A stretch of DNA of 63,428 nt, filler included, from Anaerolineae bacterium (GTDB lineage: Bacteria > Chloroflexota > Anaerolineae > B4-G1 > DUEL01): assembly GCA_041082215.1 (NCBI GenBank). It is 7 parts of 7 records of this genome, joined end to end, with 100 filler letters (N's around TTAATTAATTAA, not from the genome) between each part and the next. Parts side by side here need not be neighbours in the genome. Positions count along the whole stretch, not along the records: positions 25,881 to 30,678 come from JBDOIF010000157.1; positions 30,779 to 52,249 come from JBDOIF010000167.1; 5 more parts are not named here. One strand, given 5' to 3'. A program made the translations under genes and the position numbers. The first letter of the stretch is position 1; every line of letters starts with the position of its first letter. The notes beneath the pieces are model-generated. The model did not search any database. It was not told the origin of the DNA and was given only the letters and a program-made list of their open reading frames with translations. Below are positions 26,591 through 36,776 of this stretch, in pieces.

Positions 26591-29259
26591 TTTCTCTCCT
26601 TCCTGGCTGGCCCCGGCCCGGTGACGGGCAGGATGAAATTGAAGGTGCTGCCAGCTCCCATCTCGCTTTCGACCCAGATCCGTCCCCCGTGGGCCTCGAC
26701 CAGCGTTTTGGCGATAGACATCCCCACCCCGGTCTCCCCCAGGCCGGCGATGAGGGGGTTATCGGCCCGGTAGAGCCGCTGGAAGACGCGGGGCTGGTCC
26801 TCCGGCGCGATGCCGCCGCCCGTGTCGGTGACGGAGATACGGAGGTAAGGGGGCACGGCCGGGTCCTGCGGCTCTTCCAGATGGCCGGTGACGATCACCT
26901 CGGTGCCGGGGCGGGAGCACTGGCATGCGTTGGAGAGAAGATGGAGGATAATCTGATAGAGGCTGTCCCGGTCGGCCCGGATGGGCGGCAGCTCCAGCGC
27001 CATATCGAGACGAACGCTCAGGTCCCGCTCCCGAAACTGGGCAGAGAGGCCCATGATCGCTCCCTCGATCACCGTAACGATGTCCACCGGCTCCGGTGTC
27101 AGCTCGATCCGCCCGGCGTCTATAGCAGTGACCTCGATCAGGTCATTAATCAGGCCGCTCAGCCGTTCGACGTTAGCCTTGACCCGCTGGAGGAACTTGC
27201 GCTGTGTCTCCCCGAGGATGCCCACCGACTCGCCGAGCAAGAGGTCCGTGTAGCCGACAATGGAGGTCATCGGAGTACGGAGCTCGTTGGTCAGAGAGGC
27301 GACAATCTCGGCCCTGTCGTCTTGCCCCGTTTCCTCCCGCAGCACGGCGACGTAGCCGGAGGGAGCCTGCGCCCCGGCAGCCAGGCGGGCGAGCTTGGCG
27401 CGGATACGCTGTCCATCCTGTTGCAGCGTGACCGCCGCGGTGAGGCCATCGGGTGTCTGACCGGCCATCAGCTCGCTCACCGTCTGGGCCCAGCTCGGGT
27501 CGGAGAAGGCGGCGTGGAGGGGCAGGCCCAGCAGTTCCGCCTCCGTCCGGCCGACCAGCCGTCGGGCGATCCGGTCCGCCAGGACGATATGACCCCGCTC
27601 ATCGGCGACGATGGTCCCACTCGGCTCGACAGCCGCTCCAGGCACTGAAACAGCCTGCTCCCGGCTGGCCTGAAGCTCCTTCTGGAGTTGCGCTTCCCTT
27701 TTCTCCAGCTCCCGGACCTGTCGTTTCCACTCCTCCAGCTCCTTTTCCAGCGCCTCCCGCGTCCGGGCCAGTTCCTGAATCTCTTCCTCGTAAGCGGCTG
27801 CCTGAGCGGATGAGGTGGCCGCCTCCCGGACCTGCTCCTCCCGGATGCGGAGCAATTCGGCCAGTTCGTCGGCCCGCTTCCGCTGTCGGGTCGCCTCCTC
27901 TTCCATAGCGGTGAGCTGACGGGCGAACTCCTGGGCCTCCTGCTGGACCCGTTCCAGTTCCTCCTGGAGGGTGGTGAGCCGTTCGGCGCGCTCCGCCTCC
28001 TGCTCCCGCAGGGCGGCGGTGAGCCGCTCCGCCTTCCGCTCCACAGTACGGCGATAGCTGGCGCTGGCAAGGGCAGAGGCGATCAGGCTGGCCACGGTGT
28101 GGGCCTGTCTCATCTGGTCTTCGGTGAAAGGAGGCTTCCCACTTGGGTTGCCCAGAAGGAGGAGGGCCTGTACGTCTTCCCCGTTCATCAGCGGTTCGAC
28201 GAGCAGCGGGCCGGGCTGGTGGAAGCCCAGACGGCGCAACAGGGCCATCCCTTCTGGGACAGGATTGGCGGCGTCCATATATTGGGGGTGTCGGGTGTGG
28301 ACGGCGGCGGAAAGCAGCGGTTGACGCTCGAGGGGGAGGGTGGGCAGGGAGGTATGGGGGTCGGGATGCAAGGCGACGATGCGCACGGCGGGGGAAGCCC
28401 CCACAGCCGGCAGGCCGATGGCAACCATTTCCACGCCCATGTGGTGGGCGATCTCGGGGAGGGCGGCAGCCAGTGCGGCCTCGACATCGGAGGCCTGCTG
28501 GATCCGCTGCGCCAGCTCCAGCAGTCGGATAGCCCCATCGGGCCTGGGGGCGGGGGATGGGGCTGGGGTAGGGTGAAGGGCTTCCTGGAAGGCCAGCGCC
28601 GCCAGGAGCGGAAGGGCCGTCAGGTTGGAAAGGCGGGTGAGGGGAGCCAGATGGGGGGCCAGAGGCGGCAGCAGGAGCTGGGCCAGGTGGCCGACCAGCC
28701 AGGTCACCAGGGCGGCAGCCAGCAGGCCCAGGCCGGGGCGGGGCCAGATCAGGAGGGCCAGGAGGGCCAGGGCGGCCAGGAGCAGGCTCCCGCTCTCCCA
28801 AACCTGTGCCTGCCAGTAGGTGTTGTAGGCGATGCCGGCCGCCTCAGCAGGTGGCCATCCGACGGCGAAGTAAGCGTAGACCAGGGTGGCGGCCAGCAGG
28901 GTCCCGCCCAGGAAGCCCAGGCCGGCCCGGGGGTGCTGCCGGAGGATGGGCAGAAAGGCCCAGGCTGAGAGGGGAATGAGGCAGAGGTCCAGGAAGCGTT
29001 CAAGGGGGGGGAGGAGCTTCGCCGAAGCGACGACGCCGCTGCCAGCGGCAGCGCTGGCGAAGATCAGGATCACGCGGGTCAGCAGCAGACCCGTAGCGGC
29101 TGACAGCAGGCGGGTAGCCCCCCCCTCACGGCCGGTGCGCATCCGGTGGCCCCAGGCAACGGCCAGGAGGATCTGCAGTGTGAAGAGCAACGCAAGATGA
29201 TAGTAAAGGTCGCCCGGTGGCGTCAGCACCAGGTTGAGCAATTCCTGCAGGACCGACAT
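26587..29259 (-). CDS. Multi-TM sensor kinase-like protein (GAF, coiled coil, PAS, HisKA, HATPase) lacking the phospho-His
   Basis: TNELRTPMTSIVGY H-box; NACQ, DTGGGI and GVGMSI ATP-binding boxes. Start MSVLQELL. Confidence 0.85.
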   Translation of the reverse strand: MSVLQELLNLVLTPPGDLYYHLALLFTLQILLAVAWGHRMRTGREGGATRLLSAATGLLLTRVILIFASAAAGSGVVASAKLLPPLERFLDLCLIPLSAWAFLPILRQHPRAGLGFLGGTLLAATLVYAYFAVGWPPAEAAGIAYNTYWQAQVWESGSLLLAALALLALLIWPRPGLGLLAAALVTWLVGHLAQLLLPPLAPHLAPLTRLSNLTALPLLAALAFQEALHPTPAPSPAPRPDGAIRLLELAQRIQQASDVEAALAAALPEIAHHMGVEMVAIGLPAVGASPAVRIVALHPDPHTSLPTLPLERQPLLSAAVHTRHPQYMDAANPVPEGMALLRRLGFHQPGPLLVEPLMNGEDVQALLLLGNPSGKPPFTEDQMRQAHTVASLIASALASASYRRTVERKAERLTAALREQEAERAERLTTLQEELERVQQEAQEFARQLTAMEEEATRQRKRADELAELLRIREEQVREAATSSAQAAAYEEEIQELARTREALEKELEEWKRQVRELEKREAQLQKELQASREQAVSVPGAAVEPSGTIVADERGHIVLADRIARRLVGRTEAELLGLPLHAAFSDPSWAQTVSELMAGQTPDGLTAAVTLQQDGQRIRAKLARLAAGAQAPSGYVAVLREETGQDDRAEIVASLTNELRTPMTSIVGYTDLLLGESVGILGETQRKFLQRVKANVERLSGLINDLIEVTAIDAGRIELTPEPVDIVTVIEGAIMGLSAQFRERDLSVRLDMALELPPIRADRDSLYQIILHLLSNACQCSRPGTEVIVTGHLEEPQDPAVPPYLRISVTDTGGGIAPEDQPRVFQRLYRADNPLIAGLGETGVGMSIAKTLVEAHGGRIWVESEMGAGSTFNFILPVTGPGPARKERK

Positions 29260-29342
29260 TCCTTGCCTTCCCGTTACCCCCCCCTGTCCGTTGCAACGAG
29301 CAATGCTAAAAAGACGAAACTCAGTTGTTCCACCTGTGCTCA

Positions 29343-29424
29343 CCGCAGAGACACAGAGAACACAAAGCTTTGGCGGAGGTTTCGAGGGCTCCGGCGCTCC
29401 CCTTTGGTCCCTGCGTCTCCGTGG
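29343..29424. repeat. REP-like inverted-repeat element (CCGCAGAGACACAGAG family)
   Basis: Imperfect arms similar to 13689-13771. Confidence 0.65.
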
Positions 29425-29639
29425 TTTCCCATCCGCCACGAATACATGATCTCTCAAAGATTATACCATATTTTGTGAAGGGGGGAAATAATCAAGGGGT
29501 GAGGTATTGCGGCTCTAACATGCTTCTAATCCCCCTCTAACGCCTTTCTCATACGGAATGTGGTATGATTTCGTCTGCGCTAGAGATAGCGAGAAAAGGC
29601 TATGCAGGCCGTCGAGATCGAGCTGGGGAGGTGATGGGT

Positions 29640-30101
29640 ATGTTGATGCGATGGGACCCTTGGGCCGATCTTTCTGCCTGGCGACGGACGATGGACTGGT
29701 TGATGGGGCCCGGCTTTGCGAGCGCCGACCCGGCCCTCGACTGGAGGCGAACCCGGGACGGGCTGGTGGTCCGGCTGGCCCTCCCCGACGTCCGCCCTGG
29801 GGAGGTGGACGTTGAAGTGCGGGGGGACCGGCTGACCGTGCGCGCCCAGGCCCGTCGGGGCCGTTCCATCGCCCGGCACGGCTGGGCCATCCAGGAGCAG
29901 CGTATGGGAATATGGGAGCGTACCCTTCGCCTGCCCTTTCGGGTGGATGGCCGACGGGCGAAGGCCGAGCTGGCCGGCCGCCTGTTGACCGTCCGGCTGC
30001 CCCGGGCAGAGGGGTTCGCCTCCCGCCTGAGGCAGCGGCTGCGCCAGGCACTGCGCCCCCTCCGCCCCCCCCGTAAGACGGTGCGGGTGAGGGTGGCGTG
30101 A
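29640..30101 (+). CDS. Hsp20/alpha-crystallin family protein
   Basis: GGAGGTG RBS; RWDPW, LPDVRPGEVDV, ERTLRLP and LLTVRLPR motifs; lies upstream of dnaK. Confidence 0.85.
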   Translation: MLMRWDPWADLSAWRRTMDWLMGPGFASADPALDWRRTRDGLVVRLALPDVRPGEVDVEVRGDRLTVRAQARRGRSIARHGWAIQEQRMGIWERTLRLPFRVDGRRAKAELAGRLLTVRLPRAEGFASRLRQRLRQALRPLRPPRKTVRVRVA

Positions 30102-30150
30102 AATTTGCGATCTGCAATTCGCAATTTAAGAGACGGATGGAGGTTCTGGA

Positions 30151-30678
30151 ATGGGAAAAATCGTAGGCATTGACCTGGGTACAACCAACTCTGTGGTGGC
30201 CGTGATGGAAGGCGGGGAGGCGGTGGTCATCCCCACCGCTGAAGGGGGACGGCTGTGCCCCTCCGTGGTGGCGTTCACCAAGACCGGCGAACGGCTGGTG
30301 GGGCAGACCGCCCGCCGTCAGGCCATCATCAACCCGGATAACACCATCTTTTCCATTAAACGGCTGATGGGCCGCCGCTACGACGATCCGGAAGTGGAAA
30401 GGGCCCGCCAGATCCTGCCCTACAAGATCGTCCGCGGGCCGCAGGGGGACGCCCGTGTCTATATCCCCCAGACCGGCAAGGAGTATACGCCGCAGGAGAT
30501 CTCGGCGATGATCCTCGCCAAGCTCAAGCAGGACGCCGAAGCCTATCTGGGGGAGCCGGTGACCCAGGCGGTGATCACCGTCCCTGCCTACTTCAACGAC
30601 AGCCAGCGACAGGCCACCAAGGACGCCGGCAAGATCGCCGGCCTGGAGGTGCTGCGCATCATCAACGAGCCGACCGCC
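30151..30678 (+). CDS. dnaK: Chaperone DnaK, 3'-partial
   Basis: [17 protein letters not shown] and RIINEPTA motifs. Confidence 0.98.
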
Positions 30679-30778
30679 NNNNNNNNNNNNNNNNNNNNNN
30701 NNNNNNNNNNNNNNNNNNNNNNTTAATTAATTAANNNNNNNNNNNNNNNNNNNNNNNNNNNNNNNNNNNNNNNNNNNN
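30679..30778. other. Artificial contig linker
   Basis: N-run with TTAATTAATTAA. Confidence 0.99.
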
Positions 30779-31246
30779 CTAAACCTTTCTTCGGTGGAAA
30801 GCAGTTATGTCTTCAGGCCGGGCCAGGCGGCGCAGCCAGGGCACCCGGTCAAAATCGGGGTCAAAACTGGCAATGGCCGGAATACCGCGCTCCCGGCAGG
30901 CCAGCGCGATCAGCGCGTCGTTGAAATTCAGCGCGCCCGCCGAGGAGCGAATCAGCGCCAGTACGTCTCCATACAGGCGCGGCACATCGGACAGGATCCA
31001 GGTGATCATATCCGGAGGCACGCGGGTATTCAGTTGGTCCAGCAAAGCGTTCACCTCGGCACCAAGGTTCCTCTCGTGCAGGCGGCGCGCAGCGACGCTG
31101 ACGGATTCGGCTGCCACACAGTCAAAGTAAATGCCTGTGTGCCCGGATGCCTCAATCGTGCTCAGCAAGGCATCGGCCTGGAAGTGCCAGACGTCGTTAG
31201 GGACGAGCAGTGCGACCAGTACGGATAAGTCAATGGCGATTTCCAT
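30779..31246 (-). CDS. PIN-domain (VapC-like) toxin
   Basis: IDLSVLVA, E, FNDALI and SFDPDF acidic motifs. Confidence 0.85.
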   Translation of the reverse strand: MEIAIDLSVLVALLVPNDVWHFQADALLSTIEASGHTGIYFDCVAAESVSVAARRLHERNLGAEVNALLDQLNTRVPPDMITWILSDVPRLYGDVLALIRSSAGALNFNDALIALACRERGIPAIASFDPDFDRVPWLRRLARPEDITAFHRRKV

Positions 31247-31249
31247 AGG

Positions 31250-31528
31250 TCACACATCGTCATAGAGTGCTTCCGTGTCCGCCAGAGCATCACCGCCAAC
31301 CGGAGGCATAATGCCGGAAAGGCTACGGAGTGTAGAGGCCGGCACGGGCACCGTCGGATAGAGATACGGCGCGCCCGGCGGTTTGGCCACCGTCGCCACA
31401 ACCTGCCCTTTCTGCGCCAGTTCGTACACAAACCGGACGAACTGCTCCACGACGCTCAGGCTTTCCGGCGGCAGTTGTTCCAGCAGAGAAACGATGCGGC
31501 TCTGAACCTGTTTGGCAACCACGCTCAT
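31250..31528 (-). CDS. Putative antitoxin upstream of the PIN toxin
   Basis: Small ORF ending 3 nt before the PIN gene; LEQLPPESL...FVRF and acidic tail DALADTEALYDD. Confidence 0.65.
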   Translation of the reverse strand: MSVVAKQVQSRIVSLLEQLPPESLSVVEQFVRFVYELAQKGQVVATVAKPPGAPYLYPTVPVPASTLRSLSGIMPPVGGDALADTEALYDDV

Positions 31529-31587
31529 CGTGCCACCCCCTGGGATCAATTCTAACACGTTCTCCTGTTTTGACAATTCATGACTCT

Positions 31588-33016
31588 CTGGTGATTACCC
31601 ACATGTCCTGAAGGGGTTGAAACCTCCGCCCAACGTGGTATGCTTGAAATGCGAAACCCCAAACCACCACGGAGGGCGGAGGTATGAATACAATACTGCA
31701 GGTTAGCGCAATTGACAACTTGCCTGTGGTCGAGTTGACGGACGTGCTGGACACCTTTCTTACACCTGTCTTGAGGCACCTGCCGGAGAAGCGATTGCGG
31801 GAGGTGGGGAAGTTGGCCGTGCGGGGGATTCTCGCCGGGCAATCGCCGGTTGTGGCGCAGATAGCGCGCGGGGTTGCGCGAGAGGAAGAGACCATCCTTC
31901 CGACGGCCAAGCGGTTGTATCGGTTTGTGTGGAACCGGCGGTTCAGCCATCGGTGGCTGTTGAAGGGGCTGTATGGCCTTGCACAGTGCAGGGTTAATGA
32001 GTACGCGCCGACCCACCTGGTGGTGGCGTTGGACCCGGTCAACTTCGAGAAGCCGTATACGAAGAGGTTGGAAGATGTGTGCACGGTGATGAAGAGCACG
32101 CCACCTGGGGAACGGGGGCAGAAACGGCTGACGTCGGGCTATCCGGCGATGACGGCGACGGTGGTCAACCTGCCGGAGCCGGTGGTGACGTACGCCAGTT
32201 GGTTCTCCTACCTGAGCGAAGAGTTTGTGAGTGAGAATCGGGAGATTTACCGGGCGATCCGCATCACACGGGCGTTGTTTCCCCACCTCAAACTGCGCTT
32301 TGTAGGGGATGCGGGGCTGGATGACCAGAAGGTCTTCGGCTGGGTCGGTCTGGTAGATGGGGAGTTCATCATCCGCTCTCATCACGACCGCACCGTCGAG
32401 GTCTACAACGAACGGCTGGACCGTTGGGAAGCCGAATCGCTGGATGACCTGACCGCAACCGTTCCCTTTGCGCTGCAGCTTCGCGTGACCTTCACCCACG
32501 CGCGCAAAGTGCGCACGGCAGTCGTTTCCCTCGGATGGCTCCAGATCCGGCTCCCTGACACCCAGCAGATTCTTTGGGCTCTGGTCGCCAACGATCCCGA
32601 CTACGAGCGGGAGGTGGTGTTGTTGACCAATATCCCAATCCATACCCCTCAAGATGCTCGAACGGTCTTCACCGAATGGCGCCATCGCCCCCAGATTGAA
32701 CATACCTATCGCTTCGATCAGGAAGACGGGTTGAACATAGAAGATGTGCGGGTGCAAACCGTGGAACGAATGCGCCGCATCTTTGTCCTGGTTCTGATTG
32801 CAGCTCTGTTTGTCTACTACATCAACCACTCCTGGCCTCAAGCCGCCGTCCTGTGGCTCAGAAAACTGGGGGGCAAGCTCGGACTCCCCTCAGACCGCGA
32901 TGGCCCTTATGTCCTCCTGGCCGGCATTCGCGCTGTCCTCATCACCATCGCCACCCTCACATTCGCAGCACAACACCCCTTTCCAAGCACAGGAGCGACT
33001 TGTGGGTAATCACCAG
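31588..33016 (+). mobile_element. IS4-like insertion sequence with 8-bp target-site duplication
   Basis: Perfect 16-bp inverted repeats CTGGTGATTACCCACA; ATGACTCT duplicated at 31580-31587 and 33017-33024. Confidence 0.92.
31684..33009 (+). CDS. IS4-family DDE transposase
   Basis: LDPV, GDAG and WRHRPQIEHTYR (YREK-like) motifs. Confidence 0.88.
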   Translation: MNTILQVSAIDNLPVVELTDVLDTFLTPVLRHLPEKRLREVGKLAVRGILAGQSPVVAQIARGVAREEETILPTAKRLYRFVWNRRFSHRWLLKGLYGLAQCRVNEYAPTHLVVALDPVNFEKPYTKRLEDVCTVMKSTPPGERGQKRLTSGYPAMTATVVNLPEPVVTYASWFSYLSEEFVSENREIYRAIRITRALFPHLKLRFVGDAGLDDQKVFGWVGLVDGEFIIRSHHDRTVEVYNERLDRWEAESLDDLTATVPFALQLRVTFTHARKVRTAVVSLGWLQIRLPDTQQILWALVANDPDYEREVVLLTNIPIHTPQDARTVFTEWRHRPQIEHTYRFDQEDGLNIEDVRVQTVERMRRIFVLVLIAALFVYYINHSWPQAAVLWLRKLGGKLGLPSDRDGPYVLLAGIRAVLITIATLTFAAQHPFPSTGATCG

Positions 33017-34132
33017 ATGACTCTGTACCTGCACTTTCCCGATGACGGCTGGGAGCGCATTGCGCGCGATTGGTCGGCGTGGTGGGCCGGGGAACTGGAC
33101 CGCCCGCTGGTGGTGCTGGAATGCACAGAACCGGAAGACCGCCGCAAGCCGCACTTCGCCAGCACCTTCCTGGGCAACTTCCCGCCGGATATGCCCGCCG
33201 ACGACATCCTGGACCTCTTCATCCCGCGCCTGGAGGCCACCCATTACCTGGGCGACGCCTTCCCCCGCTTCTGGCCCAACTTCGGCCCGGGGGTCGTCGC
33301 CGCCTTCGCCGGAGCGCAGGTCCAGCCCCGGGCGGATACCACCTGGTTTCTCCCTACCCATACCGGTCCGATTGCCGAACTCCACGTTTCGGTGGATTGG
33401 CAAAACGTGTGGTGGCAGCGGGTTGGGGAGGTGACGCGGGCCGCCGTGGCCCGCTGGGGCGGGCAACTGACCGTCGGCTTCACCGACCTGGGCGGCAACC
33501 TGGACATCCTGGCCCACCTGCGCGGCCTGCAGCAACTGATGATAGACCTGGTCCGGGTGCCGGAGGAGGTGGACCGTCTGGTGCGGGAAACGACGGCCGC
33601 CTGGCTGGCCTGCTACGACCGTCTCTACGACCTTATCGCGCCCGCCGGACGGGGCACTACCGCCTGGGCGCCCTGCTGGTCGCCGGGCCGGAGTTACATG
33701 CTCCAGAGCGACGTCTCCTACAACATCTCCCCGCAGATGTTCGCCCGCTTCGTCCTGCCGGACCTGGATGCCTGCTGCGCGGCCATGGACCACGCCTTCT
33801 ACCACCTGGACGGGGTGGGGCAACTGCGCCACCTGGACCTGCTCCTCTCGCTCCCGCGACTGCGCGGCATCCAGTGGGTGCCCGGCTACGGCAAACCCGG
33901 GCCGGAGCACTGGCTCCCCGTCCTGCGCCGCATCCGGGAGAGCGGCAAACTCTGCCAGGTGACCGTCTCGCCGGAGGGTGCGCTGGCCATCATCCGCGCG
34001 CTGGGCGGCAGGGGCTTCTGCTTCATCATTGACGAGCCGCCGCTGACCCCCGCCGACGGCGCCGCCTTCCTGCGAACGCTGGAGATCAACCACAAAGACG
34101 CGAAGACACGAAGTTCATTGTTAAATTGTTAA
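33017..34132 (+). CDS. Uroporphyrinogen decarboxylase / MtaA-like methyltransferase family protein
   Basis: NFGPG, DLGGNLD, QSD, ISPQMF and FYHLDG...IQWVPG motifs. The ATG lies within the target-site duplication. Confidence 0.75.
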   Translation: MTLYLHFPDDGWERIARDWSAWWAGELDRPLVVLECTEPEDRRKPHFASTFLGNFPPDMPADDILDLFIPRLEATHYLGDAFPRFWPNFGPGVVAAFAGAQVQPRADTTWFLPTHTGPIAELHVSVDWQNVWWQRVGEVTRAAVARWGGQLTVGFTDLGGNLDILAHLRGLQQLMIDLVRVPEEVDRLVRETTAAWLACYDRLYDLIAPAGRGTTAWAPCWSPGRSYMLQSDVSYNISPQMFARFVLPDLDACCAAMDHAFYHLDGVGQLRHLDLLLSLPRLRGIQWVPGYGKPGPEHWLPVLRRIRESGKLCQVTVSPEGALAIIRALGGRGFCFIIDEPPLTPADGAAFLRTLEINHKDAKTRSSLLNC

Positions 34133-34134
34133 TT

Positions 34135-36744
34135 ATGAACATACCTGACCTGGCCCTGGCCCTGCTGACCTCTCCCCGCGTCCCGCCGTCACTCTTGCGG
34201 ACACTTGTCCGCCTGATTGTGGCGTTTCTGCGCCGGCGGCAGGAGCGGGAGGACCGCCGCCAGGCCGCCGAGCCGCCGACCGCGCCGGCCCCCGCCGGAC
34301 CGCTGTACATCGTGGACGGCTACCACGGCGGGGTGGTCTTCTGGGACTGGCTGGCCCTGCCCGACGGCGGCCTCTGGTACCTCTACAACTGGCCCCTCTG
34401 CCTGCAACCGGCTCTGGAGCGGGCCCTGCGGGACGACCGTTTCCGGATCACCCTGGACCTGGACGGCTGGACGTATGAGGATATGGCGGCCCGGGCGCCG
34501 GAGGCGGTCCGACAGATGCGGGAACTGCTCCGACTGGGCCATCTGGAGGTCGTGAACGGCACCTACGGCCAGCCGCTGGCCCAATCCGTCAGCGGAGAGT
34601 CGTTCATCCGTCAACTCTTCTACGGCCTGGAGGCCATCCGGCGGGCGCTGGGGGCCGGGGTGACCGTCTTCTACTCCCAGGAGCCCGCGTACTTCCCCCA
34701 GTTGCCCCAGATTCTGCGGGGGTTCGGCTTTCGTGGCGTTGTCTTCCGCACCCAGTGGGCGGCCTTCGGCACCGACCCGGCCTGCGACGCCGCCGTCGTC
34801 CGCTGGCGGGCCCCCGACGGGAGCATCATCCCAGCCGTCCCCCGCTATACCTTCCAGCGCTACGACCGCCTGCGGGCCGACCATCCCGGACTCCCGCATA
34901 TGGCCCTGGCCGCCGGAGAGCGGGCGGACTGGGAGCCGGAGAGCCTGGCTCCCTTTGAACAGGCCGCGCGGGAGCGGGGCATCATCCACCCCCTGGTTAC
35001 CGACCTGAAGGACGTGAACCTGCCCGACGCCCCTCTGCCCCACGCGCTGGCCCTGGCCGCGACCCCCAACGTTCGCTTCGTCACCCCGACGGAATACTTC
35101 ATCCTGACCGGAGAGGAGGGGCCGACAGTGGAGTACGCACCGGACGACATTCCCAGCACCCTGCCGTGGGGTTTGCAGGCGGAGAGGCTGATCCGGGCGC
35201 GGGTGGCGGCGGAGAGCGCGCTCCTGGTGGCGGAACGGCTGGACGCAGTGGCCTTCCTGCTGGGCCGTGAAAGCGGGGAGGAGCGGCTGGCGCAGGCCTG
35301 GCGGGACCTCTGCCGGGCCCAGCACCACGACCTGCACGTCTGCGGGCCGTGGCACTCCCGGCGGCATGGCTGCTCCATGGCCGAGGTCGGGGTGGCATAC
35401 GCCGAACAGGCCCGGCGGACCGCCGAGGAGGTAAGCCGGGCCGCGCTGGCCTGGCTGGCCGAAGGGGCCGGGGGCGAGGTTCTGGTTTTCAACCCCTCGC
35501 CCTGGCCCCGGCAGGAGTACGTGGAAGTGACGCTCCCGGGGACCGCTATGGATGCCCGTGAGGTCGTCTTCCACGACGGCGAGCGAGAGGTCCCGGCACA
35601 GGTCCTTGCCTCCCGTGGCGGCGCGCTGACGGTGGGACTGGTGGTGGACCTGCCCGCGCTGGGGTACCGCTGCCTGGAACGGGTGTACAGGCGGACACCA
35701 GCAGGAGACGCCGGTCCCCAGAGCCTGCCGTATACGGCAACGGTCCACCCCGACGGCAGCCTGAGCCTGGAGGCCGATGGTCGGGCACTGCTCACCGCCG
35801 GGGGATACCTGACTGTCTGGCGGGACGGGGCATGGCACGACTCCCGCGCATCGGTCCGGCGGGTGGAGCGGGTAGCGGACGGCCCGGTCTGCACCCGCTA
35901 TCGGATAGAGGGAGAGATTGCGGGCATCCCCTTCTGCCAGACCGTCACCCTCTACCGGGCCCTGCCCCGCATAGACGGGCGCGTGGTGCTGGATTTCGGG
36001 GAGGAGGGGGTGTACCTGGGTCCCCAGATAGAGGACGACCGGCCCGACCGGGCGATGTCGGTGCAGGACGAGAAGAAACTCTGCCTGGCGTTTGCGACGC
36101 CGCTGCGCCGGGCCTGGTGCGATTCGCCGTTTCTGCTGGCCCCGACGGGCCGGGAGAACATCGCTGGCGTGCACGGAGTGGGGCTGGAGGACGAGGACGG
36201 GGTAGGCGTGGTTTTCCTGCACCGGGGGACGCCCGGCTACCACCTGGACCGCCGGGAGGGAGTGCTGCGGAACGTGCTGGCCTGGGGGCCGAGGGAGTGG
36301 GTCTATGCCAGCGAGGACTCGGTAACCCGGGGACGCTCCCGCTACGCGGCGCTACGGGGGCGGCAGGCCTACGAATATGCCATTCTGCCCTGTACTTCCC
36401 GGCTCTGCAGGGCAAGATTCATCTTGCCCTATACTCTGCCCTGCCTGTGCCAGCCGTTGCGGGGTCCATCGGCCCTCCGGTCGGCTCCCCCGTCGTTCCT
36501 GAGTGTGGCGCCCGATCCCGTTCTGGCGACCGCCCTTTTTGTCCACCAGGGCCGGGTCTATCTCCGTCTCTGGAATGCATCCGGGCAGGAGACCGCTGCC
36601 TCGGTGAGCGGGGAATGGGTGGGAGAACTGGCGCCGGTGGACCTGAGGCTCCGGCAGATCGGGGGGGTGGTGCGGCCCGGCGACTGCATCTCCCTGCCCC
36701 CCTGGGGTATCCAGACGGTGCAGGTCGGTTGTCGCTGGGGCTGA
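34135..36744 (+). CDS. Glycoside hydrolase family 38-like protein (alpha-mannosidase fold)
   Basis: SGESFIRQL..G, QLPQILRGFG, WRAPDGS, QHHD and VFNP motifs. Confidence 0.75.
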   Translation: MNIPDLALALLTSPRVPPSLLRTLVRLIVAFLRRRQEREDRRQAAEPPTAPAPAGPLYIVDGYHGGVVFWDWLALPDGGLWYLYNWPLCLQPALERALRDDRFRITLDLDGWTYEDMAARAPEAVRQMRELLRLGHLEVVNGTYGQPLAQSVSGESFIRQLFYGLEAIRRALGAGVTVFYSQEPAYFPQLPQILRGFGFRGVVFRTQWAAFGTDPACDAAVVRWRAPDGSIIPAVPRYTFQRYDRLRADHPGLPHMALAAGERADWEPESLAPFEQAARERGIIHPLVTDLKDVNLPDAPLPHALALAATPNVRFVTPTEYFILTGEEGPTVEYAPDDIPSTLPWGLQAERLIRARVAAESALLVAERLDAVAFLLGRESGEERLAQAWRDLCRAQHHDLHVCGPWHSRRHGCSMAEVGVAYAEQARRTAEEVSRAALAWLAEGAGGEVLVFNPSPWPRQEYVEVTLPGTAMDAREVVFHDGEREVPAQVLASRGGALTVGLVVDLPALGYRCLERVYRRTPAGDAGPQSLPYTATVHPDGSLSLEADGRALLTAGGYLTVWRDGAWHDSRASVRRVERVADGPVCTRYRIEGEIAGIPFCQTVTLYRALPRIDGRVVLDFGEEGVYLGPQIEDDRPDRAMSVQDEKKLCLAFATPLRRAWCDSPFLLAPTGRENIAGVHGVGLEDEDGVGVVFLHRGTPGYHLDRREGVLRNVLAWGPREWVYASEDSVTRGRSRYAALRGRQAYEYAILPCTSRLCRARFILPYTLPCLCQPLRGPSALRSAPPSFLSVAPDPVLATALFVHQGRVYLRLWNASGQETAASVSGEWVGELAPVDLRLRQIGGVVRPGDCISLPPWGIQTVQVGCRWG

Positions 36745-36776
36745 GGGTGCGGTGCATTTGTAAGGAGCAGGCCAGC

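Noticed and set aside
29470..29640. Possible CIRCE/HrcA operator upstream of hsp20-dnaK
   Set aside because: No TTAGCACTC-N9-GAGTGCTAA match was found.
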